A DNA stretch of 64,000 nucleotides, taken from Promethearchaeia archaeon. GTDB taxonomy: Archaea; Asgardarchaeota; Lokiarchaeia; Sigyniarchaeales; SOKP01. Made by a program: the position numbers and the translations under genes. Of the stretch, positions 10,868 through 21,720 are shown piece after piece (within the stretch, counting starts at the first letter, position 1; every line of letters begins with the position of its first letter). The notes beneath the pieces are model-generated. The model saw nothing but the letters and a program-made list of their open reading frames with translations, was not told where the DNA came from and did no database searches. The DNA lies in contig JAHQWK010000001.1 of NCBI GenBank assembly GCA_029856145.1, forward strand, positions 64,001 through 128,000. Reading direction: 5' to 3'.

Positions 10868-10932
10868 AACAGAATTATGTTATTGGTATTTCAGTATTAA
10901 AAAAGAGAAAAAAATTAGAGATTTTTTCTATC

Positions 10933-12399
10933 TTATTCTTTTGACCAGGATTCGTATTCCTTCATGAATTCTTCTGGTTTCCACTGACTATCCATAAATT
11001 TTGGGATTCCAGAACTATCTCTAGGTCCTACAATTACAAAAGCATCTGCTTCATCTTCTAAGGCTCCACTCAAACGAGCAGCCATGCCAGGAAGAATGAG
11101 AATTCTATGTTTAACTTTATCAAAAGCTCCAAATTCTTTCACGGCTTCAGCTATTGAGCCCGCATTAAATTGACCCCCCGCAACAGCGCTTTCAATTCCT
11201 ATCCCCTCACTGTCGACTACTAAGAGCCAGCAATTCAAATTTGCACCCTTCAAATCTTGTTCAACTGGAATTTTAGTCATTCTATAATTACTGGTGACGA
11301 ATATTGGGGCCATATCTTCAGGTTCTCCAATTATATAAAGACCAGGATCAACAGCGGGATAAATTCTAGGATCTGAAAAAACACTTTGTCTTAATGTCAT
11401 TAAAGCTAATAGAGCCCAGATTTCTTCTTTCTTTTGACCTGTATGTAACACAATTAAGTTTGTATCAATAGATTCCATTATAGCACCCATTATCAGTTCT
11501 TGATATTGATGTTCCCAGAGCTCCTTATCATTTCCTATTTTAACTTGACTCCAATAGGCAGCAGGAACTCCCATTACTGGCCAACACGCATTTAAATCTT
11601 CTTTATTTATTGCTACTGTTCTTAATTGCATAATATTATCATATGTAACAGAAAGATTACCAGGTCCAAAATAAGTTCCTGAATCTAAAACAATTTCTTT
11701 TACACCAAATTTCTGTAGAGTAGCACTTAATGACAGAAATTCATCTAGATTACTAGAAACAATAGCAACAGGTAAATTATTTTCAATAGCAAATTTTCCA
11801 ATCCGTTCCCATGAGTCTATTGTAATAGCGTAAAGTAATGGTTTATTTTCCTTAATCGCTTCTGCTGCTGCTAATAATACTTCAGCATTAAAACTACATA
11901 AAATGATTGGAAGATTTGAAATTTCAGTAATTTTTTTTGCTGCTAATTTAAACTGATCAGCATCTCCAGAGACATTTCTTAAAGCAATTCCATCTAGGGT
12001 AAGTACATCTCCAATTCTTTCTATCTTAAGATCTGTTAGATATTTTACAATTTCTTCTAAATCTGCATCGTCATCGGCGATTTCTATAAAAATTGCTGTT
12101 TGATTATAAAACGTGAGTTGATGACGCATTAATACTTCCTCTCCTCCAACTGTAACTGCTCTGTCTCCGGTTCCAATTATAACGGGTTTTTGGGGAGGAG
12201 TGATAACTTCAATAAGTTTATCTCGCTTTTTTGCTTGTTTAGGATCCTGCATTAAATGAGGACAATCTTTTATTTTGACTTTTCTTTCAAGAATATCGGT
12301 CGCAAAAGCCATGCATGTATCATATCCGCATTCCTTACAATTACTTTTATCTAAAAGTGCATATATTTCTAAAGGGCTTGGTCGTGCCATTTTTGACAA
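10933..12399 (-). CDS. acsC: Corrinoid iron-sulfur protein large subunit (ACDS gamma)
   Basis: N-terminal 4Fe-4S motif NCKECGYDTCMAFA..CP, GGEEVLMRH, and C-terminal VTSNY, ILPG, VGPRDSS. Confidence 0.93.
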   Translation of the reverse strand: MSKMARPSPLEIYALLDKSNCKECGYDTCMAFATDILERKVKIKDCPHLMQDPKQAKKRDKLIEVITPPQKPVIIGTGDRAVTVGGEEVLMRHQLTFYNQTAIFIEIADDDADLEEIVKYLTDLKIERIGDVLTLDGIALRNVSGDADQFKLAAKKITEISNLPIILCSFNAEVLLAAAEAIKENKPLLYAITIDSWERIGKFAIENNLPVAIVSSNLDEFLSLSATLQKFGVKEIVLDSGTYFGPGNLSVTYDNIMQLRTVAINKEDLNACWPVMGVPAAYWSQVKIGNDKELWEHQYQELIMGAIMESIDTNLIVLHTGQKKEEIWALLALMTLRQSVFSDPRIYPAVDPGLYIIGEPEDMAPIFVTSNYRMTKIPVEQDLKGANLNCWLLVVDSEGIGIESAVAGGQFNAGSIAEAVKEFGAFDKVKHRILILPGMAARLSGALEDEADAFVIVGPRDSSGIPKFMDSQWKPEEFMKEYESWSKE

Positions 12400-12566
12400 T
12401 TCTTTTAATTTGAATTTTTTTCTATTTAGAAAAATGAATATATATGTGTAGTCTAATTTTAAATTGAATTAAAAATTTGGTTTTTTAAAATTCAACTCTA
12501 ATTATCTGGATTTTATCCATAGATTAAATAGTAAGTTTTTAAAAAATATTTGAATTTAATCAGTTA

Positions 12567-14024
12567 ATGGATAAGCATAAAAAAGAGTCTGAAGATCTTT
12601 ATTCTTTATTTTACCCACAACATATTGCGTTTATAGGTGCTTCAGAGAGCTCAAGATTGGGGTCAATGATGTATTTACCCGCTTTTAAAGAATCTATATG
12701 GGCAAATACTTTTTATCCAATTAATCCGAAACACGATAGAATAATGGATTGGAAATGTTACCCCTCTGTTTTAGATGTTCCATATCCCATTGATACAGCA
12801 TATATTTCATTGAAAACAGATTTTATCCCAGAAGCGGTAAAAGAATGTGTACAGAAAGAAATAAATTGGGTTATTATCTTTGCTTCAGGATTTTCTGAGA
12901 CAGGAGATCCTAGAGGTAACGAATTGGAGGAAGAACTTTTAAGAATTATTAAAGATTCAAAAACAAGAATAATCGGTCCTAATTGTTTAGGGCCTTTAAA
13001 TGCGGAAATCGGGATGGCACTTACTTTTGCTTCTCAAAAAGGGAACCAAGGAGGAGTATCTTTCATGTCACAATCTGGAGGACACTTAACCCAATTAGTT
13101 AATGTAGGATATAAACGAGATATAAGATATCGTTATGGTATTAGCTTTGGTAATCAAATTGATTTAAATTGTGTAGATGTAGTAAATTATTTTCGTCAAG
13201 ATTCAAAAACTTCTCTAATTGCTGCATATTTAGAATCAACTGGTTCAGCAACGGCTCAAGAGTTGTTTATTGAACTTAGAAAAACTACAAAAATCAAACC
13301 AGTAATCTTATGGAAAGGAGGATATACTAAAGACGGTTCAAGAGCAGCATTTTCACATACAGGGGCTATAGCTTCGAATAATAAATTATGGAAATCAATG
13401 GCTAATCAGACAGGAACAATCCTCGTTAAAGATAATGAAGAATTTTGGAACACTATTAAAACATTTGAATTATTATATCCACATTATATTCCAAAAGGAA
13501 GGAATATAGGGATTATTACTCCCGGAGGAGGTGCTTCCGTTAATTTGACAGACTTATTTGCTTCCCAAAATCTGTCGATACCAGAACTAACTCCTGAATC
13601 ACAATCAAAAATTGGTAAGATTTTACCCGATGTAAATGTAAACATTAAAAACCCTATTGATTTAGGGGCATCGGGGTTTATTTTAGATATTTTTACTCAA
13701 TGTATGAACGTTGTAGTTAATGATCCTAATATTGATATTATTATGGTTCCACTCTGGCCAGATCATATTTATCGTCATGTTTTTAATAGGATGATTAGAA
13801 TACGGGATTCAGTATCAAAACCATTTGCTTTTTGTTTACCAAATCTTGCTGATGATAGTGCTCTAGCTAAAAGATTTAATTCTGCAAAAAAATTATTGCA
13901 CAAAAAAAGAGTTCTCTATTTCTTTTCATTAAGAGATGCTGCGAGAAGTGTCTCACTTTTGTGTGATTATGTGGAGTTTTTGAAATCTCGCAATATCCCA
14001 ATTAACAAACCAAGCATAAAGTAA
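12567..14024 (+). CDS. acdA: ADP-forming acyl-CoA synthetase (acetate-CoA ligase) alpha subunit
   Basis: CoA-binding domain, IIGPNCLG, SQSGG, phospho-His motif SHTGA, NPIDL. Confidence 0.85.
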   Translation: MDKHKKESEDLYSLFYPQHIAFIGASESSRLGSMMYLPAFKESIWANTFYPINPKHDRIMDWKCYPSVLDVPYPIDTAYISLKTDFIPEAVKECVQKEINWVIIFASGFSETGDPRGNELEEELLRIIKDSKTRIIGPNCLGPLNAEIGMALTFASQKGNQGGVSFMSQSGGHLTQLVNVGYKRDIRYRYGISFGNQIDLNCVDVVNYFRQDSKTSLIAAYLESTGSATAQELFIELRKTTKIKPVILWKGGYTKDGSRAAFSHTGAIASNNKLWKSMANQTGTILVKDNEEFWNTIKTFELLYPHYIPKGRNIGIITPGGGASVNLTDLFASQNLSIPELTPESQSKIGKILPDVNVNIKNPIDLGASGFILDIFTQCMNVVVNDPNIDIIMVPLWPDHIYRHVFNRMIRIRDSVSKPFAFCLPNLADDSALAKRFNSAKKLLHKKRVLYFFSLRDAARSVSLLCDYVEFLKSRNIPINKPSIK

Positions 14025-14037
14025 ATAAATTTTATCT

Positions 14038-14367
14038 TTAAATTCTTTCAGAAATACTTTTTAAATATAACTTCATAAAAAATCGTTGACTACTACAATA
14101 GTCATATTTCTGGTTTTGAGTTAGATCTTGAGAATTTTTTAAAATGAAATGGATTTTTTGTATCATATCAAAATGATTATCCATAACTCCTTTAAAAGGA
14201 TCTTGCATATTAATATGAAACTCTTTATAAATTCCTTCTTTACATGATTTTGATTCAGAGAAATGACTTTTATGTAAAATGTCTTCAGAAAAAATAACAG
14301 ATTCATTGAAGATTAAACCATCTTGAACATTCTTAAAATAATTTTGTTCTATTTTTCCCGAACTCAT
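14038..14367 (-). CDS. Hypothetical protein
   Basis: 109-aa ORF with ATG start; no recognisable motif. Confidence 0.45.
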   Translation of the reverse strand: MSSGKIEQNYFKNVQDGLIFNESVIFSEDILHKSHFSESKSCKEGIYKEFHINMQDPFKGVMDNHFDMIQKIHFILKNSQDLTQNQKYDYCSSQRFFMKLYLKSISERI

Positions 14368-14498
14368 AATAATAATGACCTTATAGGTTGAAATTTACTA
14401 ATACTATTATTTTACTTATATTAATTTCAGAGTTAAACATTCTATTAATCCATTAATATGTTTTTTTGAATTGATAAAATTAAATTCTTATAAGGAAT

Positions 14499-14602
14499 AA
14501 AAAAAGGAGAAAAGAAGGAATGCAAAATTCAACTTTTAATAAAAAATAGAATATTAAAGGCGAAATCCAATGTAAGATTGAAAATTTTGTTTCCCTTCCA
14601 AA
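14499..14602 (-). ncRNA. Candidate small RNA or leader with a terminal stem
   Basis: Minus-strand TTTTTATA (14622-14629); imperfect inverted repeat 14578-14598 / 14514-14532 followed by a U-rich tract. Confidence 0.35.
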
Positions 14603-14750
14603 TAATTTGTTTAAATTAAACTATAAAAATATAACAGAATTTTAAGTAATTAAGAGGTAGACAATTGAATTATGTTACCAAGTAAATTGTCTCGTTATAA
14701 TATATTAATAAGAAAAAAAAATAAGGAAATCTTAAATTTTCGAATCATAT

Positions 14751-15281
14751 TTAATAATATTCTGTTTTTGAAACAAGGACCGCGAAAAAGCCGTAAAATA
14801 CTATGTTTATTGTGCAACTGATAATAATATTGATAAGAAGAACATCAATCGTCATAGCCCAACCATAAACAGTATTTAATTCGGTTTTGAAAAAATCACT
14901 TAGAAAAACTCCACTAATTACTAAAACTGTACTGATAATTGCGGTTAAAAGCCATCCTCCAAAACATTGACCTTTACTTTCTCCGAACTTTCCAGCAAGA
15001 ATCGCTGCAATTATTAGAGCAGCTAAGTATCCTATCCCCAAAATTAGATCTGTTAAGACCAAACTGCCAAAAAAAGGTTGTGCTATAGTCCAATTGAAAA
15101 TTACAGATGGGAAACTGATTATTGAACCGAACAAGTAATAGAAAATCATTAGAGGGTGATTTTGAATCGTGGCAAACAAAGAATCAAAACCCGGGCCAAT
15201 AGCATAATATATTATTGTAAAAATGAAATTTAAACCGACAAAAGCAAGTATACTAAATAAAAACGCCTTACCAAATCCCAT
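14751..15281 (-). CDS. Integral membrane protein of unknown function (~5 TM)
   Basis: Hydrophobic helices; likely start is the ATG at 15281 (MGFGKAFL), downstream of the tracked start at 15332. Confidence 0.7.
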   Translation of the reverse strand: MGFGKAFLFSILAFVGLNFIFTIIYYAIGPGFDSLFATIQNHPLMIFYYLFGSIISFPSVIFNWTIAQPFFGSLVLTDLILGIGYLAALIIAAILAGKFGESKGQCFGGWLLTAIISTVLVISGVFLSDFFKTELNTVYGWAMTIDVLLINIIISCTINIVFYGFFAVLVSKTEYY

Positions 15282-15456
15282 TTTGCTCAGACTCTTTTTT
15301 GTTAGTGTAATTTTATTCCTTATTATCCTCAAGGAAGTAATGAATTTTAAATTTTAGGGTGTAATAATTCATTTCATCAAATTATTGTAAATAAGTAATT
15401 AATGAATATTTGCTCAAAATTTTAATAAATTATGAACCCCTAAAAAGACTATAACA

Positions 15457-16485
15457 ATGAAAAGAGTTAATGAAAAATTTGCTCTTGGAAAGCTTAAACA
15501 TGATTATTTAGCCCAGTTGCTCTCAGAAATAGAAATTCAAGATAGTAGAGTAATTTCGGGATCAAAAATCGGGGAGGATGCCGCAGTTATAGATATACCT
15601 GGAAAAAATTATCTAGTGGCAAAAACTGACCCAATTACCTTCGCAACTGATGAGATTGGCTATTATGCAGTAATTGTAAATGTTAATGATCTTGTATGTA
15701 CAGGAGCTAAACCAAAATGGTTTCAATCAACGATCTTATTACCTCCTAATTTCACAACAAGTAATATGATTGAAAAGATATTTAATGATATTCACAATAC
15801 CTGTAAATCAATGGAAATAACTGTCATAGGAGGTCATACAGAAGTTACACCAGGGCTTACTAGACCAATTGTGATTGGATCTTTAATCGGAGAGGTAGAT
15901 AAAAATAAACTTGTACTTACTTCAGGAGCTGAATCAGGAGATGCATTGATTTTAACAAAAGGTATCTTTATTGAAGGTACATCTATTATAGGTCGTGAAA
16001 AAGAAAAGGATTTAATAGAAAAAGGATTTAATCACAATTTTATCGAAAAATGTAAGGATTATCTTTATAATCCTGGGATAAGTGTTTTAAATGAAGCTCT
16101 CTTAGCAAATAACCATTTTCAAATAAAGGCTATGCACGACCCTACAGAAGGGGGACTTGCTACCGGAATTGCTGAAATGACGATAGCTTCTAACACTGGT
16201 GTGTTGATAGATGAAACAAAAATAAAAATTCTTCCAGAGCCATTAGAATTAAGTAAAATGTTTAATTTAAACCCTTTAAACACTATATCATCAGGATCAT
16301 TATTGATTGCAATAGAGGAAGATTACTCTATTGAATTAATCGAATTAATGAAAAATAATAATATTTATGCTGAAAAAATTGGCAAATTTTTATCTAAAGA
16401 AAGTGGTTTGAAAATTAAAGAAAAAGAAGGTAAAAAAATTCCTTTAGAGTATTCTGAAACAGATGAAATAACAAAAATATTTTGA
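15457..16485 (+). CDS. AIR synthase-related protein (HypE/ThiL/PurM superfamily)
   Basis: GEDAAV, KTDPITF, NVNDL, GGHTE and MHDPTEGG motifs. Confidence 0.88.
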   Translation: MKRVNEKFALGKLKHDYLAQLLSEIEIQDSRVISGSKIGEDAAVIDIPGKNYLVAKTDPITFATDEIGYYAVIVNVNDLVCTGAKPKWFQSTILLPPNFTTSNMIEKIFNDIHNTCKSMEITVIGGHTEVTPGLTRPIVIGSLIGEVDKNKLVLTSGAESGDALILTKGIFIEGTSIIGREKEKDLIEKGFNHNFIEKCKDYLYNPGISVLNEALLANNHFQIKAMHDPTEGGLATGIAEMTIASNTGVLIDETKIKILPEPLELSKMFNLNPLNTISSGSLLIAIEEDYSIELIELMKNNNIYAEKIGKFLSKESGLKIKEKEGKKIPLEYSETDEITKIF

Positions 16486-16648
16486 TTTTTATCCAAAATT
16501 GACAACGAAATATTAAGTTTTGTCAACCAAACCTCACTTAACTAAGATTTTTATTTTAAAATTTTTATTTTAATAATATATAATATTTTTTTCTTAAGGT
16601 TTTTTAAAACCGAATAGAAAGATAAACTGATTAAATACTCGATCAAAC

Positions 16649-18571
16649 GTGGCTTATAAAGAATTAAAACACATTGTTGAAAATCTTGTAAATTCAACGA
16701 ATAATCAAGATTCTAGTATTAATGCTATTAATAACGTATTATTTGGTCTCTTGGAGAAAAATAGCAATAAGTACGAAGAATTCAAAAATGATATTAGGCT
16801 AAAATGGGACAATTTTAAAAAGAAGAATCAAAATCGAATAATTAAAAAGACTTTTACTTCATTTTTCTATGAAAACTTTCACGATTTATTTTCCTACTTT
16901 TTACATGTGTTTTTTAACTTTGATGAAAATTCTCTTGAGCTGTTTAGTAAAGAAAAGATATCTGAAAAAATCATATTTTTTGAATATAATTATCTTTTAA
17001 ATCCAAATGAAGAAAAAAAATTTATCAATATTTCTGATGAATTTCAAGTTGAAATATTATATGGATTTTCAATAATTACGGGATACCTTTACTTTATTGT
17101 TCGACTTTTAGGGATGGTTATTAGAAATGCAATTCAAGAGAATGTTTTCATTCTCATTGATGCCATTACCATCAAAAACGGAGATATGAATAAAAACTTG
17201 AATTTTCTAATAATTTGTAAGGATAGTAAAGATGAAATCTTTGAATCTTATTATAAAATGGTTTTATATTATTTCTTAAGACAAATTAAGGGTATTCCAG
17301 AAGAATATTTTGAGAGATTATATGAAGGAAGAGAAAAATTGTATGAAATTGCTTTAAATGAATATTCTTCTTCAAAAGAAAAATTAGTAGATCTATTATA
17401 TTATTTCTATAAAAAATGTAATTTGCTTCAAAGTTTCTCACCTATATTAGACTTTTTTAATTTTGTGGGTGCTAGAGTAGAAGATTCAGTATTTTCAAAG
17501 TTGGATGTTATCAAAAAAGAATTCCTTGTTAACCTTAACTATTCAACCGAAAAAAAAAACTCTATTCTCAAATTTTTTGAATATCTTGATAAGAAATCTA
17601 CCTTGTATTCAACTTTTCAAGCAAATAATTTGCCTTCACCAAAATCACAATTAAATCTATTCTTATTATATATGAAATATTATTTTGGAAGTGGTCTCGA
17701 AGCATTAGAAGTAGGAGATTTACTATTTTTGCCCGAAGTTTTTAAAACGACATTAAATCAATATAATAAAAAGGTAGATGAGGTAATAGGGACAAATACT
17801 ATTAAAAATATAAAAGAATTTTCAAATTATCTGTCGGCTTTGTCAAATATTCACAATATCAATCTATTTTTTCATAAGATATTTAAGAAAAATGTATCTC
17901 AACTAAATTATGGTTTCTTTAAAACATTCCTAAGAAGCTTTAATTCAAATTTTTCTCAGAAAATATCTCAAGAAAATGAAATTCTTACGGAAAATCAAGA
18001 AAATTCTCCTTTAACATTTCATATTATAGTTGATCATATTTGCAAAATTCTTTATGTATTAATTGATAAAATATTTTTGAGACCTTCTCCAAATGAAGCA
18101 TCTAGAAATTTCATTGATCCACGTAGTCGATATATTGGGAAAAATATTGCTTTAAGAGTTTTAGAACTATTTGTTTTTCAAGATATAAATTATTCTGACG
18201 ATGTATGGCCAGATTATATAATTAGTTTAAATAGAGAACAGCTTAAGAAAGAATTGAAACCGTTTAACGTAACAATTCCGAAGAAGTACTTTTACTCTCT
18301 TGAAGAATTAATACAAATTATGATAACTTATACTATTCAATCTTTTTCTGATCAACCCTTTTTCGAAGAATGGTTAATTTATGAGATTATAATTCCTTTA
18401 AATAATATAATTCAAGAAATTCGAAATGCTGTTAGAGACCCAACCAATGAAATTGAAGTATATGAAAAACTAAGTGAATATTTTATTACAGATATAAGAG
18501 ATGAAAAAATTAAAAAAGACTTCAAATTCTTTTGCCAACAACTAGCTCCTTTTTGGAGAAATGTTAAATAA
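16649..18571 (+). CDS. Large hypothetical protein
   Basis: 640-aa uninterrupted ORF; no recognisable motif. Confidence 0.7.
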   Translation: MAYKELKHIVENLVNSTNNQDSSINAINNVLFGLLEKNSNKYEEFKNDIRLKWDNFKKKNQNRIIKKTFTSFFYENFHDLFSYFLHVFFNFDENSLELFSKEKISEKIIFFEYNYLLNPNEEKKFINISDEFQVEILYGFSIITGYLYFIVRLLGMVIRNAIQENVFILIDAITIKNGDMNKNLNFLIICKDSKDEIFESYYKMVLYYFLRQIKGIPEEYFERLYEGREKLYEIALNEYSSSKEKLVDLLYYFYKKCNLLQSFSPILDFFNFVGARVEDSVFSKLDVIKKEFLVNLNYSTEKKNSILKFFEYLDKKSTLYSTFQANNLPSPKSQLNLFLLYMKYYFGSGLEALEVGDLLFLPEVFKTTLNQYNKKVDEVIGTNTIKNIKEFSNYLSALSNIHNINLFFHKIFKKNVSQLNYGFFKTFLRSFNSNFSQKISQENEILTENQENSPLTFHIIVDHICKILYVLIDKIFLRPSPNEASRNFIDPRSRYIGKNIALRVLELFVFQDINYSDDVWPDYIISLNREQLKKELKPFNVTIPKKYFYSLEELIQIMITYTIQSFSDQPFFEEWLIYEIIIPLNNIIQEIRNAVRDPTNEIEVYEKLSEYFITDIRDEKIKKDFKFFCQQLAPFWRNVK

Positions 18572-19060
18572 ATTCAAAAATTTTGAAAAATGGGTGTCAA
18601 TATCTATTATTGGTATATTAAAGACACTTTTTTTAGTTATTTCCTCTGAACAGATTACACCTGAAATCATTTTGACGTTTTCCGTTAATTGTTCTTTAAT
18701 TTCATTTAAGTCAGATATGCATAAAACTGTAGGATTGTTTAGTTTTCTAAAACCTTCTGTAAACATTAAATCTAACTTAAAAGGTCCATATTTTAGCCAT
18801 TTTAAAAGTCCTTCTAAATTGCCTTCTTCAATTTTTATAAAAATAGCAGTTTCATTAATATCATTTTGAATTACAGAAAAAATTGCTCCAGCTTCAGTAA
18901 ATCTATAAGAATCTTTTCCCTTCTTATCAACTGGATGATTTTTTACGTTTTTTATTACAGAAACATTATAATTTAATTTTTTTCTTAATAATTTTATTGC
19001 ACTTGTAATAAATAATGTCTTTCCCGAACCCGAATATCCCACAACATCTATTAATAAAAT
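18542..19060 (-). CDS. mobB: Molybdopterin-guanine dinucleotide biosynthesis protein MobB
   Basis: LLIDVVGYSGSGKT P-loop, DKKGKDSYRF, EGFR; the strand before the P-loop requires an upstream ATT start (19060 or 19066). Confidence 0.85.
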   Translation of the reverse strand: MLLIDVVGYSGSGKTLFITSAIKLLRKKLNYNVSVIKNVKNHPVDKKGKDSYRFTEAGAIFSVIQNDINETAIFIKIEEGNLEGLLKWLKYGPFKLDLMFTEGFRKLNNPTVLCISDLNEIKEQLTENVKMISGVICSEEITKKSVFNIPIIDIDTHFSKFLNLFNISPKRS

Positions 19061-19247
19061 AAGAATTCACACTAGTTAATTTTTAATAAAAATTTATTAA
19101 ACTTATTCTAAGATTAACATTCTAAATTATATTTGATTCCATTTCTATTTTGATTTATTTTAATGAAAGAAAAATATATTATTTCTATATCTATTATTTA
19201 TTTAAATAAGATTTTTCGAAAACAATCAAAGAAATTTCGTTAATCAA

Positions 19248-21236
19248 ATGAGTAGCCCAAATAGATTTGTTTTTGATGCTAATTTTTTCATTTGTATGCT
19301 GCAAATTAAAGCACGTAATATTTTAGGAAATTTAAAAAGAGTTGCAGAAGAATTAGGTTATAAATATTACATATCTCAAACTGTATTTGATGAAATTAAA
19401 GCTCCACACACATATAGGGATAAAATGAAAAGTTTTATTAATGTAGAAAAGGTCTCCCCTTATGAAATTGATGCTGTAAAAGACATTCTTAGCCGATATA
19501 ACGTAAGATTTCCTGCCCAGAATCCAGATCTCACGCTTGTGTGTATTGGAAATAAACTCTTAGAAAAAAATGACGTTTTACCCGTTCATCTTGTAACAGA
19601 TGATTTTAAACTAGCTAAAAACACAAATTTACTTTATAAAGGAAAAATAAATATATTATCACTTTCAAGCTTTCTTTTAAAATTACAAAGAACAACTGCT
19701 GATTCTCAGATGCGAAAATACTTTAAAGAAATTTGGAAGAGAAGTTTAAATTACACATTATCCTACATGATTGAACGCTCTAAAATTTATCCTGCTGAAC
19801 AAAAAATAACCTGGTTGATTGAAAAGGCGATAGCTGTTACAGAAAGCTCAATTTTAACTCAAGATGTAGAGTTAGAAAATCCCGATGCTGGTGTGAAGTT
19901 CGAGATTGGTGCTTCTAAATATATAAATGAAATTGGTATTGCAGAGAAGTATATTTCAAATCAAGATCTCCCTCAAAGTGAAGAGGAGAAAATACTCGGG
20001 ATTCTAAAATTTCTTGAAAATTTAAAGATTTCAAGGGAGTATATAATTCGAGCTCGTGAAGCGATAATCAAAAGCGAAACAAAAGATGCTATAAAATTTT
20101 TAAAAACGGGGAATGGATTTTTAGTATCTTTACTTCAAGTCGCATCAGGGCAATTAACAAATTTAAAGGATTATGAGATTGTTGAACAGTTGATATGCTC
20201 TGAAATTAGTAAAACGGAATTTTTAAGAGCATTTTTATTAGTTTCTCTTGGTCGTATTAATGCTGCAGTAGATTCCCTTGAAAGAGCAGCATTATTCTCA
20301 ATTATTATTCATAATTATAAAACTTGTTTGACTCTAAATTATATAAAGGCTATGATATACTTATTTTATGGGCTTTATGAAAATGCTATCAAACAATATA
20401 ATTTTTCTGAAGAACTGGCCGACATTTATGAAGATGATAAACTACGTCTTAAATGTTTAATCGGTAAAGCGATAGCAATTTATATTCAAGGTAAAGATAG
20501 GAATACAGCGATGAATATCATGGAGGAAATCTCGAAAATTGACTTAGATGAAAACTTTCTTGATGCCATAATCGTATTTAGTGAGCTTGGGGATTATTTC
20601 TTGGCCTTAGGACATTCTCAAATTGCTGTAAATCTATATAACCAAGCATTAGAAATTTCAATTGATTATAAATTGTCATTTAAAAGTGAGATATTGATAG
20701 AAAAATTAAAAAGATCTTATATTGCAACAGTTTTGGATGGATATTCTGCTGTAGATATGATTGATAAATTGGATCTTTTATTAGATAAAGCATATGAAAT
20801 TAAAGATATTGAAAAATATAATGAACAAATTAAGAAAATTTCAAGTTTTAATCTCTTATTTTATACACCTTTTCCATATATTTCGGGTAAAAAAAAGGCC
20901 ATTCCATTCTCAAAACTACCTAAGGAACTTCAAGATGATTATTTAGAAGTGGTATATTTTGAGAAATCAGAAAATGTTCAAGATCAAATACTTTTTATTG
21001 TTTTTCATCTCGAACTCGGGTTATTGGGCATTAAATTAATGACGGATAAAAAAATAACAGGTATAGCTGAAAATTATACTTTAAAGATCAAACCTATAGC
21101 AAAAGTTAAAATATACGAACCAAACGAAGAATTAAAAGAAAGATATTTAATCAGGGCTATAATTGAGACAACAATTAAAAATCAAATTCAAATTTCCTAT
21201 ACTCTTCCATCTTTCTTTAAGAAACTAAATTTATAA
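19248..21236 (+). CDS. PIN-domain ribonuclease fused to TPR repeats
   Basis: VFDANFFI, TVFDEI, PDLTLV and VTDDFKL acidic PIN tetrad; TPR-like helices in the central and C-terminal part. Confidence 0.75.
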   Translation: MSSPNRFVFDANFFICMLQIKARNILGNLKRVAEELGYKYYISQTVFDEIKAPHTYRDKMKSFINVEKVSPYEIDAVKDILSRYNVRFPAQNPDLTLVCIGNKLLEKNDVLPVHLVTDDFKLAKNTNLLYKGKINILSLSSFLLKLQRTTADSQMRKYFKEIWKRSLNYTLSYMIERSKIYPAEQKITWLIEKAIAVTESSILTQDVELENPDAGVKFEIGASKYINEIGIAEKYISNQDLPQSEEEKILGILKFLENLKISREYIIRAREAIIKSETKDAIKFLKTGNGFLVSLLQVASGQLTNLKDYEIVEQLICSEISKTEFLRAFLLVSLGRINAAVDSLERAALFSIIIHNYKTCLTLNYIKAMIYLFYGLYENAIKQYNFSEELADIYEDDKLRLKCLIGKAIAIYIQGKDRNTAMNIMEEISKIDLDENFLDAIIVFSELGDYFLALGHSQIAVNLYNQALEISIDYKLSFKSEILIEKLKRSYIATVLDGYSAVDMIDKLDLLLDKAYEIKDIEKYNEQIKKISSFNLLFYTPFPYISGKKKAIPFSKLPKELQDDYLEVVYFEKSENVQDQILFIVFHLELGLLGIKLMTDKKITGIAENYTLKIKPIAKVKIYEPNEELKERYLIRAIIETTIKNQIQISYTLPSFFKKLNL

Positions 21237-21286
21237 TTAACATAATTGATTTAAGAATCGAACCTATAAAATAAAGCTTTATAAAC

Positions 21287-21559
21287 TTAGTTCTTTCTTA
21301 AGCCCTTGTTTCGTTGACTTATCTGATGTCCATGAATAGCACAGCTAATACAGTAATACTTAGTCTTACTTGGAGTTTGGATAATTGTACCAGTTTTTTT
21401 TAATTCAGTATACATTCGACTATCAACAAGAGAAACTCTTCTTGTCACAGCCTTAGCTTTACTCCTTGCTACAAATCTTCCACATTTGCTGCACTGAACT
21501 CTAGCATAATGTCCTTTACTAGAACCACTTCTTCCGCCACTTTTTCTTTTTTTTGGAAT
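21287..21559 (-). CDS. rps26e: Ribosomal protein eS26 (missing from the ORF track; ATT start)
   Basis: Manual translation (M)PKKRKSGGRS..VQCSKCGRFV..KAKAVTRR..YYCISCAIH; 90 aa. Confidence 0.95.
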   Translation of the reverse strand: MPKKRKSGGRSGSSKGHYARVQCSKCGRFVARSKAKAVTRRVSLVDSRMYTELKKTGTIIQTPSKTKYYCISCAIHGHQISQRNKGLRKN

Positions 21560-21720
21560 AAAAATCAGCTACTTTTAGTTTTTTCTTATTTATCTTTACT
21601 CTATATCCTAATTGAATTGTATAAAACTTAAAAAATTTATCCTTTAGCGTGAAAAAGTATAAAATAAATATTGAAAATAGATATTTTAAGAGCTAAGTAC
21701 CCTATCTATTTTATTTATGT

